Source: Bacteroidota bacterium (GTDB lineage: Bacteria; Bacteroidota; Ignavibacteria; Tepidaquicellales; Tepidaquicellaceae). Taken from it: a stretch of 55,993 bases of DNA. Where the stretch lies: assembly GCA_023429265.1 (NCBI GenBank), contig JAEYVS010000103.1:1-55993 (forward strand), given 5' to 3'. Every line of letters starts with the position of its first letter. Position 1 is the stretch's first letter. The notes under the pieces are model-generated. The model was not told the DNA's origin. It saw only the letters and a program-made list of their open reading frames with translations, and ran no database searches. Positions 1 to 10,121 of this stretch are shown here, piece after piece. Position numbers and translations under genes: made by a program.

Positions 1-877
1 TCGAATAAATTCCAGATGTTTCCTTCGAGTTTTGCCCTGGTAACTGAATTATCAGATGTCGTGCAGGATGAAAGGAAGAACACACCAAAGATGCTTGATA
101 TTAGAATTATCCTTTTCAAAATAGGTCCTTTATTCAACTTTTAGATTTAAACGAAAGACATCAAGTGTGTGTTCCAGAATTCATTAAATAAATTTGAATT
201 AACATACATTTAAAAAGAATAAATTACAGGTTGATTTTCCGGGTCTATTAAAACAATATTTAGATATTTTGAATTATTATTAGTCAAGATTGAAAAATCA
301 GAGCTTTAAAAAATTTTTGGATTCGTTCCACAAATTTGAATTGAAAAAACAAGATATTGCTAATTAGTATTTCCAACAACATTTTCTTACACTATTTTTT
401 ATATGTCAAAGAACTAAAAGTTACTCTTAATTTTAAATTAATATGGTAGAGTAAAGCTTACATACAAATATATGTAAGGAGCGGGGTAAGAAGCAAATAA
501 AAAAAGGATAGATAGCGCATCTATACAAAAAGGTGTTTAAGTGATTAATAAACAATGGTGATGATTTTTAGGGTTGACGAGCTAAATATGGTAAACAAGC
601 ATTTTTTCTTCGAATTTTTATTTTCATCCGGGTTAACTCACGTAACATGGGCAACCCACCCGGTTACGATAAATCGGACCACTCCTCCCGATGGAGGGGG
701 AATAATTACATTAATGATTTGTCGGGAAGAAAAGTTAGTGGCTAAAGCCAAGTTTTAATGTTATTCTTATCCACGAGTTAAAACTCGTGGCAATTCAGTA
801 TAAATTATAAAATGCTTCTGGAGTGCAATTTTGGGACTTGAAAAATCACATTAATAGCTTTAATTTGTAGATTCTAA

Positions 878-950
<73 letters not shown>

Positions 951-960
951 CAAAGTTCTT

Positions 961-984
961 GTTCCCAAAGTCCCCTTTGGGAAC
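961..984 (+). other. Perfect 10-bp hairpin in the tRNA-Gly/tRNA-Cys spacer
   Basis: GTTCCCAAAG-tccc-CTTTGGGAAC lies between the two tRNAs. No U-tract follows it. Confidence 0.6.
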
Positions 985-995
985 ACTCATTTTAG

Positions 996-1069
996 GGCGT
1001 CGTACCCAAGTGGCTTAAGGGAGCAGTCTGCAAAACTGCCATTCATCAGTTCGAATCTGATCGACGCCT
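996..1069 (+). tRNA. tRNA-Cys (anticodon GCA)
   Basis: Acceptor GGCGTCG/CGACGCC, anticodon stem GCAGT/ACTGC with loop CTGCAAA, T arm ATCAG-TTCGAAT-CTGAT. Confidence 0.9.
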
Positions 1070-1080
1070 CAAAGCTTATA

Positions 1081-1108
1081 AAAAAACCCGCTGGAAGGCG
1101 GGTTTTTT
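1081..1108. terminator. Bidirectional rho-independent terminator (tRNA pair on +, gap on -)
   Basis: AAAAAA-CCCGC-tggaag-GCGGG-TTTTTT. The GC stem is flanked by an A-run and a T-run and sits between convergent transcription units. Confidence 0.75.
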
Positions 1109-1135
1109 GTTTAAACTTTAAACATATACTTATAT

Positions 1136-2146
<1,011 letters not shown>

Positions 2147-2347
2147 TTAAATTTTTTCGTGAAATTTTATGAGAATAGACCAAAATAACTAAAAAACGAG
2201 TGATTTACAATGAATAATGGGAATCATTGGGTTTGCTACAGGTTTAAGAATTGTATAAAATGGTAAATTGATTTTGAAGCAATTTTTGAGTATTTTAGTA
2301 TGTTTTTTACCCATTTTAACTAAAAATTAACCAATTTTTTCAAATTT

Positions 2348-2911
2348 ATGGCAGAAGCATCAGATCTAAAGACCGGTAACGTAATAATGTATAATAATGA
2401 ATTACACCAGATCTTTGAAGTGGAACACCGCACACCGGGAAATTTACGCGCATTTTACCAGGTAAGAATGAAACATCTGAAAAATGGTAAAATGATCGAG
2501 AACAGATTCAGACCAAATGAAACCGTAGAAATGGTCAGGCTCGAAACAAAGGAATTTCAGTATCTTTATAAAGATGGAGACGATTACCAATTTATGGATA
2601 ATGAAACATACGAACAGACTCACATTCCGTCGGATGTGGTGGGAAAGCAGGGAGATTTTATGAAGGAAGGTCAGATGGCTCAGATAGTATTTCATAACGG
2701 AAAGGCTCTGAATCTTGAGCTGCCTCCACACGTAGAGCTAAAGGTAACTGAAGCCCCTCCCGCAGTAAAAGGAAATACGGCAACAGGCGCAACAAAAGTA
2801 GTAATCGTCGAAACCGGAGCATCAGTAAACGCGCCGCTTTTTATTGAAGAAGGTGAAGTGATCAAGGTCGATGTAAGGACCGGAGATTACATTGAAAGAG
2901 TAAAATCATAA
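2348..2911 (+). CDS. efp: Translation elongation factor P
   Basis: 187 aa and aligns ungapped by eye to E. coli EF-P through the first ~50 residues. C-terminal [17 protein letters not shown]. The loop reads TPGNLRAF instead of KPGKGQAF. Confidence 0.9.
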   Translation: MAEASDLKTGNVIMYNNELHQIFEVEHRTPGNLRAFYQVRMKHLKNGKMIENRFRPNETVEMVRLETKEFQYLYKDGDDYQFMDNETYEQTHIPSDVVGKQGDFMKEGQMAQIVFHNGKALNLELPPHVELKVTEAPPAVKGNTATGATKVVIVETGASVNAPLFIEEGEVIKVDVRTGDYIERVKS

Positions 2912-2942
2912 CCCGTTTCTTTATCAACATAAACCATCGGAA

Positions 2943-3422
2943 ATGGATCTAAACTATCTAAAAAAATTAATCAAAATCCTCGACTCGAGTAATCTAAATG
3001 AACTTGAGGTGGAAGAGGAAGGCTTGAAGCTAAGGCTCAGTAAAGGAGAAGGAATACCAGTTCAGCAATATACTACAGCTGTTCCGGCTACTGCCGTTCA
3101 AAACCAGGGTGGACAGGCTGCTCCAAAGGAAGAGCCAAAGACCGAGAAACAGGAATCAAGTGAAGAAACATCTTCATCGAACCTTTTTGAGGTTAAATCG
3201 CCGATGGTGGGTACATTCTACAGAGCACCCTCACCGGATGCCGATCCTTTCATAAACGTAGGGGATAGTATCAGCACAGGTAAAGTCCTTTGTATCGTAG
3301 AGGCAATGAAGCTAATGAACGAGATTGAAGCTGAAGTCTCCGGAAAGATTGTGAAGATACTGGTAGAAGACGCTCAGGCAGTTGAATACAACCAGCCATT
3401 GTTTTTGGTTGAATTGAACTGA
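2943..3422 (+). CDS. accB: Acetyl-CoA carboxylase biotin carboxyl carrier protein
   Basis: 159 aa. Biotinyl-lysine motif [11 protein letters not shown] and a Pro/Ala/Glu-rich linker. Sits immediately upstream of accC. Confidence 0.9.
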   Translation: MDLNYLKKLIKILDSSNLNELEVEEEGLKLRLSKGEGIPVQQYTTAVPATAVQNQGGQAAPKEEPKTEKQESSEETSSSNLFEVKSPMVGTFYRAPSPDADPFINVGDSISTGKVLCIVEAMKLMNEIEAEVSGKIVKILVEDAQAVEYNQPLFLVELN

Positions 3423-3459
3423 TCTCATTCTAAATCCTTTTTATCATTATACATACCCA

Positions 3460-4800
3460 TTGAAAAAGATAAAGAAAATACTAATTGCAAACAGAGGTGA
3501 GATAGCTCTCCGCATAATAAGAACCTGCAGGGAAATGGGAATACAGACTGTAGCGGTATATTCGCAGGCAGATGCAGATTCACTTCACGTGCGATTCGCG
3601 GACGAGGCTGTATGCATAGGTCCCGGACCATCAAAGGAAAGCTACCTGAATATTCCCCGCATCATCGCAGCTGCAGAAATAACTAATGCTGATGCTGTTC
3701 ACCCGGGTTACGGCTTTCTTGCGGAAAACGCTGAGTTTTCGGATATTTGCAAGGATTCCCAATTGATATTCATAGGTCCTGACGGCAAGATGATCAATGC
3801 AATGGGTAATAAATCATTTGCAAAGGAAACGATGAGAAATGCCGGTGTACCGGTTGTACCGGGCAGCGGCGGTGTAGTGAATACAGTAGATGAAGCAAAA
3901 AAGCTCGGAGCAGAGATTGGCGCGCCATTAATGATAAAGGCCTCCGCTGGCGGCGGCGGTAAGGGCATGAGAATCGTGAAACATCTGGATGAAGTTGAAC
4001 ACGCATACCAAACTGCAAAAAGTGAAGCCGAGATAGCATTTGGTAATTCCGATGTTTACATAGAGAAATTCGTTGAGAATCCGCGACACGTAGAAATACA
4101 GGTGCTGGGGGATAAGTTCGGTAACGTGATCCACCTCGGAGAGCGCGACTGTTCGGTACAAAGAAGGCACCAGAAACTGATCGAAGAATCCCCTTCCCCG
4201 GTTGTAGATGAGGATCTGAGACAGAGGATGGGTGAAGCTGCCATACTTGGAGCTAAGAGCGTGAACTATCTTGGCGCAGGAACAATAGAATTCCTGGTAG
4301 ATAAGAATAAGGATTTTTATTTCATGGAAATGAATACCAGGATACAGGTAGAGCATCCTGTAACTGAGGAGGTAACGGGATTTGACCTGATCCAGGCACA
4401 GATAAAAGTTGCAAACGGTGAACAGATAAAACTTAAAGAAGCTGAATTCAAAGGACATTCAATCGAATGCAGAATAAACGCTGAAGACCCTGACAATAAT
4501 TTCAGACCATCCCCGGGATTAGTAACAGCATTTCACGTACCCGGCGGGCATGGGATCCGGGTCGATACTCATTGCTACGCGGGATATACCATTCCCCCTT
4601 ATTATGACTCAATGATAGGAAAGCTCATAGTAATAGGAAAGGATAGAGATGAAGCAGTAAGAAAGATGTCGAGAGCGCTGGATGAATTTATTATTGAAGG
4701 GGTAAAAACTACTATACCATTCCACCAGAAGATAATGACCAATAAAGATTTTCTAAATAATAACTACGATACGTCCTTCATCGAAAAGATGAAGGAATAA
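3460..4800 (+). CDS. accC: Acetyl-CoA carboxylase biotin carboxylase subunit
   Basis: 446 aa. [12 protein letters not shown]-terminus and ATP-grasp motifs ([22 protein letters not shown]). The start in the ORF track is TTG. Confidence 0.95.
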   Translation: MKKIKKILIANRGEIALRIIRTCREMGIQTVAVYSQADADSLHVRFADEAVCIGPGPSKESYLNIPRIIAAAEITNADAVHPGYGFLAENAEFSDICKDSQLIFIGPDGKMINAMGNKSFAKETMRNAGVPVVPGSGGVVNTVDEAKKLGAEIGAPLMIKASAGGGGKGMRIVKHLDEVEHAYQTAKSEAEIAFGNSDVYIEKFVENPRHVEIQVLGDKFGNVIHLGERDCSVQRRHQKLIEESPSPVVDEDLRQRMGEAAILGAKSVNYLGAGTIEFLVDKNKDFYFMEMNTRIQVEHPVTEEVTGFDLIQAQIKVANGEQIKLKEAEFKGHSIECRINAEDPDNNFRPSPGLVTAFHVPGGHGIRVDTHCYAGYTIPPYYDSMIGKLIVIGKDRDEAVRKMSRALDEFIIEGVKTTIPFHQKIMTNKDFLNNNYDTSFIEKMKE

Positions 4801-4805
4801 ACAAT

Positions 4806-5357
4806 ATGAGAAAGATAACCACATACATAGGGCTGGTATTGATGATATTCGGAATGGCATTCAACGTAAATGCATTTCAGAAAGGAAAAGATACGACTAA
4901 AACCAAAAAAGATACTACTCTTACAAAAGATACCGGTACCACCGGCGGACAAACCCAGCTGCAGATAGATACTGTATTGAATCAATTAGGAATAGACACA
5001 CAGCAAACATTAATAGATACTACTCAGCTGGTCGATTCAACATTGATAGAGCCGGTGACAGAGAATAAGCTAACCAACTTTAAGTTATTTTTATACATAA
5101 TACTCAGCTTGCTTGGTATGGCATTGTTTTATTATCTGTTCGTTCAGATGATGTTTAAGACATTCCACAAGACAAGGGGTACACGTCAATCAATGTTATT
5201 ATCGTGGAATTTATTTTTTGCTGTGAGTATTGTATGGCTGTTTATCATATGGGGAATCGTAGCAGAATTCTGGACATCGGCGGCATTTATGGTTACAATG
5301 ATCTTTTTATTCATCGTATCTCTTGTAATGCTGATAATTTCAGTAAAAAGTAAATAA
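4806..5357 (+). CDS. Hypothetical membrane protein
   Basis: 183 aa. N-terminal hydrophobic signal/anchor, a Thr/Lys/Gln-rich segment, then 3-4 hydrophobic helices. Lies 5 nt after the accC stop. No family recognised. Confidence 0.55.
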   Translation: MRKITTYIGLVLMIFGMAFNVNAFQKGKDTTKTKKDTTLTKDTGTTGGQTQLQIDTVLNQLGIDTQQTLIDTTQLVDSTLIEPVTENKLTNFKLFLYIILSLLGMALFYYLFVQMMFKTFHKTRGTRQSMLLSWNLFFAVSIVWLFIIWGIVAEFWTSAAFMVTMIFLFIVSLVMLIISVKSK

Positions 5358-5434
5358 AGTTATCCATTTCTATTTTAGTCCGAAATTGATATTTTTTGAG
5401 ATACTTAAAAAATCATAACACAATTTTATAGTCT

Positions 5435-6232
5435 ATGGACAAACAGTATGCACTCATATTAGGGGCATCGAGCGGTTTTGGAAAAGCACTGGCATTAGCT
5501 TTAGCAAAAGACGGAGTAAACATAATCGGACTTCACCTCGACAGATCATCAACCATGCCCGGTGTAGAGGAATTAATTTCCGATATTAAAGCAGCCGGTG
5601 TAGAGGCGCATTTTTACAATATGAATGCTGCTGACGAGGGCAAACGCAAGCAAACCATAGATACCATTAAAAATGAGATTTTCAAAGGTGATGCTAACTG
5701 TACGATAAAAGTATTAGTACATTCTCTTGCCTTCGGTACATTAATGAATTTCATCGATGAAGACCCTGCCAAACAGATCACGAAGAGACAGATAGACATG
5801 ACCCTGGACGTTATGGCATGCAGCCTTGTTTACTGGACGCAGGATGTTGTTTCAAACGGATTGATGAAAAAGGGCGGTAAAGTCTATGCAATGACCTCAT
5901 CAGGGGGTACCAGGCAGATAAAATATTACGGCGCAGTATCCGCGGCCAAAGCATGTTTGGATTCATTCGTCAGGCAGCTTGCAATGGAACTTGCACCGAA
6001 AGGGATATCCGTAAATGCATTAAAAGCAGGGGTAACGAATACACCGGCTTTGCAAAGGATACCGGAAGCAAATAAAATTATAGACAATGCTCTTCAAAGA
6101 AACCCGATGCACATACTGACCGACCCTAAGGACGTAGCCGATTTTGTAATAGACAATTACAAATTGGAATCCCACTGGATGACAGGAAACATCATAGGCA
6201 TAGACGGGGGCGAAAGCATAGTGGAAATTTAA
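5435..6232 (+). CDS. SDR-family oxidoreductase, enoyl-ACP reductase (FabL)-like
   Basis: 265 aa. N-terminal GASSGFGKA dinucleotide-binding motif. Active-site spacing is Y-x6-K (YGAVSAAK), as in FabI/FabL, rather than the classical YxxxK. Adjacent to accBC. Confidence 0.6.
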   Translation: MDKQYALILGASSGFGKALALALAKDGVNIIGLHLDRSSTMPGVEELISDIKAAGVEAHFYNMNAADEGKRKQTIDTIKNEIFKGDANCTIKVLVHSLAFGTLMNFIDEDPAKQITKRQIDMTLDVMACSLVYWTQDVVSNGLMKKGGKVYAMTSSGGTRQIKYYGAVSAAKACLDSFVRQLAMELAPKGISVNALKAGVTNTPALQRIPEANKIIDNALQRNPMHILTDPKDVADFVIDNYKLESHWMTGNIIGIDGGESIVEI

Positions 6233-6283
6233 ATGGATTTTCACTTGTTAGCTAATTGAAGTAATTTATATGGAGATGATATT

Positions 6284-9200
6284 ATGGCAGATTACCCACA
6301 AAATAATAAGATGTTCTCGCCTGAGAATACAATAAACCTTTCAGCAGAAGATAAAGGAAGTTTAGAGCTAAAGACCCAGGAATTCATGCCCACCATCATA
6401 ATCGGGCTTGGGGGAACGGGAAAGGAAGTAATGCTCAGACTCAGAAGGCAATTCGTTGAAAAATACGGATCGCTGAATGACTTCCCCATTATTTCATATC
6501 TATATATAGATACAGACAATGCTCCCACGGAAGAAGGCGGACTTGCCCGTGAGCAGGATCTGCTGATTAATGACATAGAATTTCAGCCAGCAGAAAAGAT
6601 TTTCAATCCCGTTAACCCATCGGATTACATCCATAAAATTCACGATGTACCGCACGTAAAACAGTGGCTCAGTACTACAGGTGAGATTGGGAAGCTCGGA
6701 ACAATGAATACAGGCGCGGGACAGATAAGACCTGCGGCAAGACTTGCGCTGTTTCATAATTACGATGAAATAGTCAGCAAGCTCACCTCGGCTAAATCTA
6801 GAATAACAGATTCAAAATCAATAAATCTCGTCAAGGATAAGCATAAGATAAAGAACGTAAACACGGACAAGATCAATGTTTATGTGATAACCTCAGTCAG
6901 CGGCGGTACGGGCTCGGGGATGTTTGTGGATTTTGGATTTATTATCAGGAATATATTTAAAAATACGGCTGTATCATCTTGTTACGTGGTGCTCCCGCAG
7001 ATATTCCAGGGATACGGCAAGGAGAGAGTTTACGCTAACGGGTATGCCGCTCTGAAAGAGCTGGAGTTTTATAATTTGAAGAACGTATTCGATGTGACGT
7101 GGAAGAAGAACTTCCCTCTCACATTTCAGCCGGGTGTATACGATGATGTTTACTTAATAGACGGTGAAAACGCAAAAAACCTTTCACTCTCGGATATCAG
7201 CAATAAAGATATTTACAAGATGTTGTCCGATTCGATATTCCAGGACTTCTCAAATTCGGATTTCGCAAATTACAAGCGCGGAGTACGAGTCAACTTAGTT
7301 CAATATAAACAAAGACTTTGGCCTGATGATAATACCGTAACGGAAAACACATATTCCAGGAAATATTCAACTCTCGGTCAAGCGACTATTTCCATACCTA
7401 TAGACAGGATAACACTTTCGTGTGCATATAAGCTGTGCGAGGATATAATTAATTATTACCTGACATTTGCAGACGGGTCACAGAGCGATGTGGACAATTA
7501 TTTGATGGATGAGTTCCTCCCATCTCTGGGAATCTTAGAGTCTAACCAGAAGCATCAATTACTCGAATCGCTGTACAGCATTGGAGAGAAATCATCAATT
7601 CCAGCAAAAATTAAGGGATTCCTGAATGCGCTGCAAAATGAGCTTATCACCGGGAAACGCGGAAACAACTGGTCTGCATTCATACTGGGTGAGATAAAGA
7701 AGTTCGATACGAATTTCAAAGATGACAATGACGTGCTAAGGCAGGGAATGTATTATTCACAGATCCACTCAAACCGAACGAATATCCTTAATAACGCTGT
7801 GGGCGACAGGGAAAGAAACATTATCGGTGGACTTGAGAAGCAGATCAACTCACTTGTTAACGATTCCACACGCGGTGTATTTTATTCTATAAACGTGCTC
7901 AGAAGGCTTCAATTCATCCTGTCGAATGAGAACTTCAATTACATACCGAAATTCGATAAGGATATTAAGGACCTCCAGGTAGTTATATCGAGGCTTGATT
8001 CGGAGGTTAAGAGACGCTTCCAGGATCTGCGCGAAGACGAAGCAATGTCAAAGATAAACGTACTCAAGAAAACCGCGATGTCGGGGACACTTGAGAAGCT
8101 TATAAAGACACTGGATGAGTATTATAACGCGCTCGTAAAGATAAGAGCGAGGTATTATGCTAAGGAAATCGCACAGAGGATTCTCAATACGGTAGAAAAA
8201 GGCGTTAAGACCGATTCCGGAAAGATACAATTCACGGGCTTAATATCAGATCTCGAAAAATTGACGGGAAATCTAGGTTTATTGAAGGAGAATTTCGAGA
8301 GAAAATATAAATACTTTGCTCAAAAGCAGAATACCAGCTTTAATCTGCAGATATATGAGCCGGAAGATATTAAGAATGAGTATTACATAAGGTACATTGG
8401 AACGGGACAGAATGCACAGGATAATATTAAATCCATCGCATACAAGCTTCTAAAGGAGCTTGGAGCGTCAGACGTGACTGATATTGTGAATATCCTCAAA
8501 GACAGTGACGCAAAAGTTGTTGAAGAGAAAATGATTGCTTTTGCGAAGAGGCATTTCGAAAAGATCAAAGAAGATTATAACATTACGGAGATATTGTTTG
8601 AGAAAGACCCGATCAGGAGTGAATCCAAGATAAGAGGTATGTTCCTTCAGGCATTCCCGTGGCTTCGCGTTAAAGATACCCCGGGCAGCTTTAAGCTCGA
8701 TGATTCGGCAAAGAAATATTACATAGGTATCAGGACCAATACTCCCTCATTCAGAAATTTCCAGAACCTGATCCGATCGATTGCAGGTTCATCGGTGGAA
8801 TTCAAAGATTCCGCGGATAACTCTTCGATTACGTTTTACACAGAGTGGGCCGGATTCCCGTTATTTTATTCCTACACGATCGCGGAAGAAATGAAGCCGT
8901 ACTATAAGCAGCTGACTCAAAACCAGAATATCGACCTTCACATCGACAGGAACCATTATCTTTATACTGATATCATTCCCCTATCGACGGACGAAAGAAA
9001 GCGGCTGGATGAATCTTACAGAGCATACCTGATGGGATTAATTTTTGGTGTATTTGACATTGTCTCGGAAATAGATACTGAGACGGGTAAACCGAAATCA
9101 ATCTATAAATATACATTGCAGGAAGGGATCACCGTCAGGAGAGTAGAACAGCTTGGGAACGAGAGAAGATTGATTAACAGGTTATTTGAAGAGCAGGGAC

Positions 9201-9715
9201 GAGATTCACTGAGATATAAGATACTAAAGGACGCGGAAAATATTCAGAGCCAGATGTATATGAGGAATTACCTGGCAGAAATGCTTGTGATTTTCGAATA
9301 TTACTATGAGAATATCTATAACTTACAGGAAATAGAAGTATCGGGTGATGCAAAGATAAAAGTTGAGACATATGAATACACGATTGCTAAGAATCTTGCG
9401 CGGGAAATAGAGAGCAAAGTTCATCCTAATGAAAAAGAAGCATTCATTCAAAGGGTAATGGAGCTAAAGAATAATATGGATTCATTTTCAGAATTATGCG
9501 GAGATGGTATGAAGCGAGTTCTTAAGGTAAAGGAAATATTGCTTGACAAAGAGCAGGATCTCGATGGCAATCTTGTAACGGAAAAAGTAAACCAAACTGA
9601 TACAAACGGCAATATTAACCTTAACAGGCTAAAAGAAATGAAATTAGCTCTGGATGAGGGATTGATAACGGAAGAAGAATACAACAATGCCAAGAAGGAG
9701 TTCTTAAAAATATAA
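6284..9715 (+). CDS. Giant tubulin/FtsZ-superfamily GTPase-like protein with C-terminal SHOCT-like motif
   Basis: 1143 aa. IIIGLGGTGKE (aa 38-48), GAGQIRPAARLA (aa 144-155) and tubulin-signature-like SVSGGTGSGMF (aa 204-214). About 800 aa of uncharacterised, helical-looking sequence follows. The terminus LKEMKLALDEGLITEEEYNNAKKEFLKI resembles the SHOCT domain. GGAG lies 7 nt upstream of the ATG. Confidence 0.7.
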   Translation: MADYPQNNKMFSPENTINLSAEDKGSLELKTQEFMPTIIIGLGGTGKEVMLRLRRQFVEKYGSLNDFPIISYLYIDTDNAPTEEGGLAREQDLLINDIEFQPAEKIFNPVNPSDYIHKIHDVPHVKQWLSTTGEIGKLGTMNTGAGQIRPAARLALFHNYDEIVSKLTSAKSRITDSKSINLVKDKHKIKNVNTDKINVYVITSVSGGTGSGMFVDFGFIIRNIFKNTAVSSCYVVLPQIFQGYGKERVYANGYAALKELEFYNLKNVFDVTWKKNFPLTFQPGVYDDVYLIDGENAKNLSLSDISNKDIYKMLSDSIFQDFSNSDFANYKRGVRVNLVQYKQRLWPDDNTVTENTYSRKYSTLGQATISIPIDRITLSCAYKLCEDIINYYLTFADGSQSDVDNYLMDEFLPSLGILESNQKHQLLESLYSIGEKSSIPAKIKGFLNALQNELITGKRGNNWSAFILGEIKKFDTNFKDDNDVLRQGMYYSQIHSNRTNILNNAVGDRERNIIGGLEKQINSLVNDSTRGVFYSINVLRRLQFILSNENFNYIPKFDKDIKDLQVVISRLDSEVKRRFQDLREDEAMSKINVLKKTAMSGTLEKLIKTLDEYYNALVKIRARYYAKEIAQRILNTVEKGVKTDSGKIQFTGLISDLEKLTGNLGLLKENFERKYKYFAQKQNTSFNLQIYEPEDIKNEYYIRYIGTGQNAQDNIKSIAYKLLKELGASDVTDIVNILKDSDAKVVEEKMIAFAKRHFEKIKEDYNITEILFEKDPIRSESKIRGMFLQAFPWLRVKDTPGSFKLDDSAKKYYIGIRTNTPSFRNFQNLIRSIAGSSVEFKDSADNSSITFYTEWAGFPLFYSYTIAEEMKPYYKQLTQNQNIDLHIDRNHYLYTDIIPLSTDERKRLDESYRAYLMGLIFGVFDIVSEIDTETGKPKSIYKYTLQEGITVRRVEQLGNERRLINRLFEEQGRDSLRYKILKDAENIQSQMYMRNYLAEMLVIFEYYYENIYNLQEIEVSGDAKIKVETYEYTIAKNLAREIESKVHPNEKEAFIQRVMELKNNMDSFSELCGDGMKRVLKVKEILLDKEQDLDGNLVTEKVNQTDTNGNINLNRLKEMKLALDEGLITEEEYNNAKKEFLKI

Positions 9716-9716
9716 T

Positions 9717-10037
9717 ATGCCGACTTACGATTACAAATGCGGGAATTGCGGGCACCAACTGGAGGTCTTTCAATCAATCAAAGCTGATGCCATCACAAAA
9801 TGTCCCGAATGCGGAGAAGACAAGCTTAAGAGATTGATAGGTGGAGGGGCAGGTTTGATATTTAAAGGAAGCGGCTTTTATTTAACCGATTATAAAAATG
9901 CGGGCACGAATTCCGGTAAATCTTCTTCGACATCAAGCAATGAGAAAACTGCCTCAACAGAAGCAAAATCTCCCGATACAACCACCAAAACCGAATCCAA
10001 AAGCCCCGACACAAAACCGGCAGACAAAGCAGATTAA
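9717..10037 (+). CDS. FmdB-family (CxxC_CxxC_SSSS) zinc-ribbon protein
   Basis: 106 aa. MPTYDYKCGNCGHQLEVFQS...KCPECGEDKLKRL, followed by a Ser/Thr/Lys-rich tail with the repeat KSPDT. The start is 1 nt after the stop of the 1143-aa gene. Confidence 0.8.
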   Translation: MPTYDYKCGNCGHQLEVFQSIKADAITKCPECGEDKLKRLIGGGAGLIFKGSGFYLTDYKNAGTNSGKSSSTSSNEKTASTEAKSPDTTTKTESKSPDTKPADKAD

Positions 10038-10121
10038 GCTTCTAAATTTACAACAGTTTATATCGCAACATTTAGGGTTTAAATACGTAATAATTTATAA
10101 AAGAAATTAAATATTTGGGTA

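Noticed and set aside
1-144. Open frame entering from the left edge (…SNKFQMFPSSFALVTELSDVVQDERKNTPKMLDIRIILFKIGPLFNF*)
   Set aside because: It could be the 3' end of a truncated gene. However, 48 codons with no recognisable motif cannot be supported.
555-758. 67-aa ORF on the + strand in the tRNA-upstream region
   Set aside because: No recognisable family, an odd composition and no RBS context. It overlaps the hairpin-dense region, which is better explained as non-coding.
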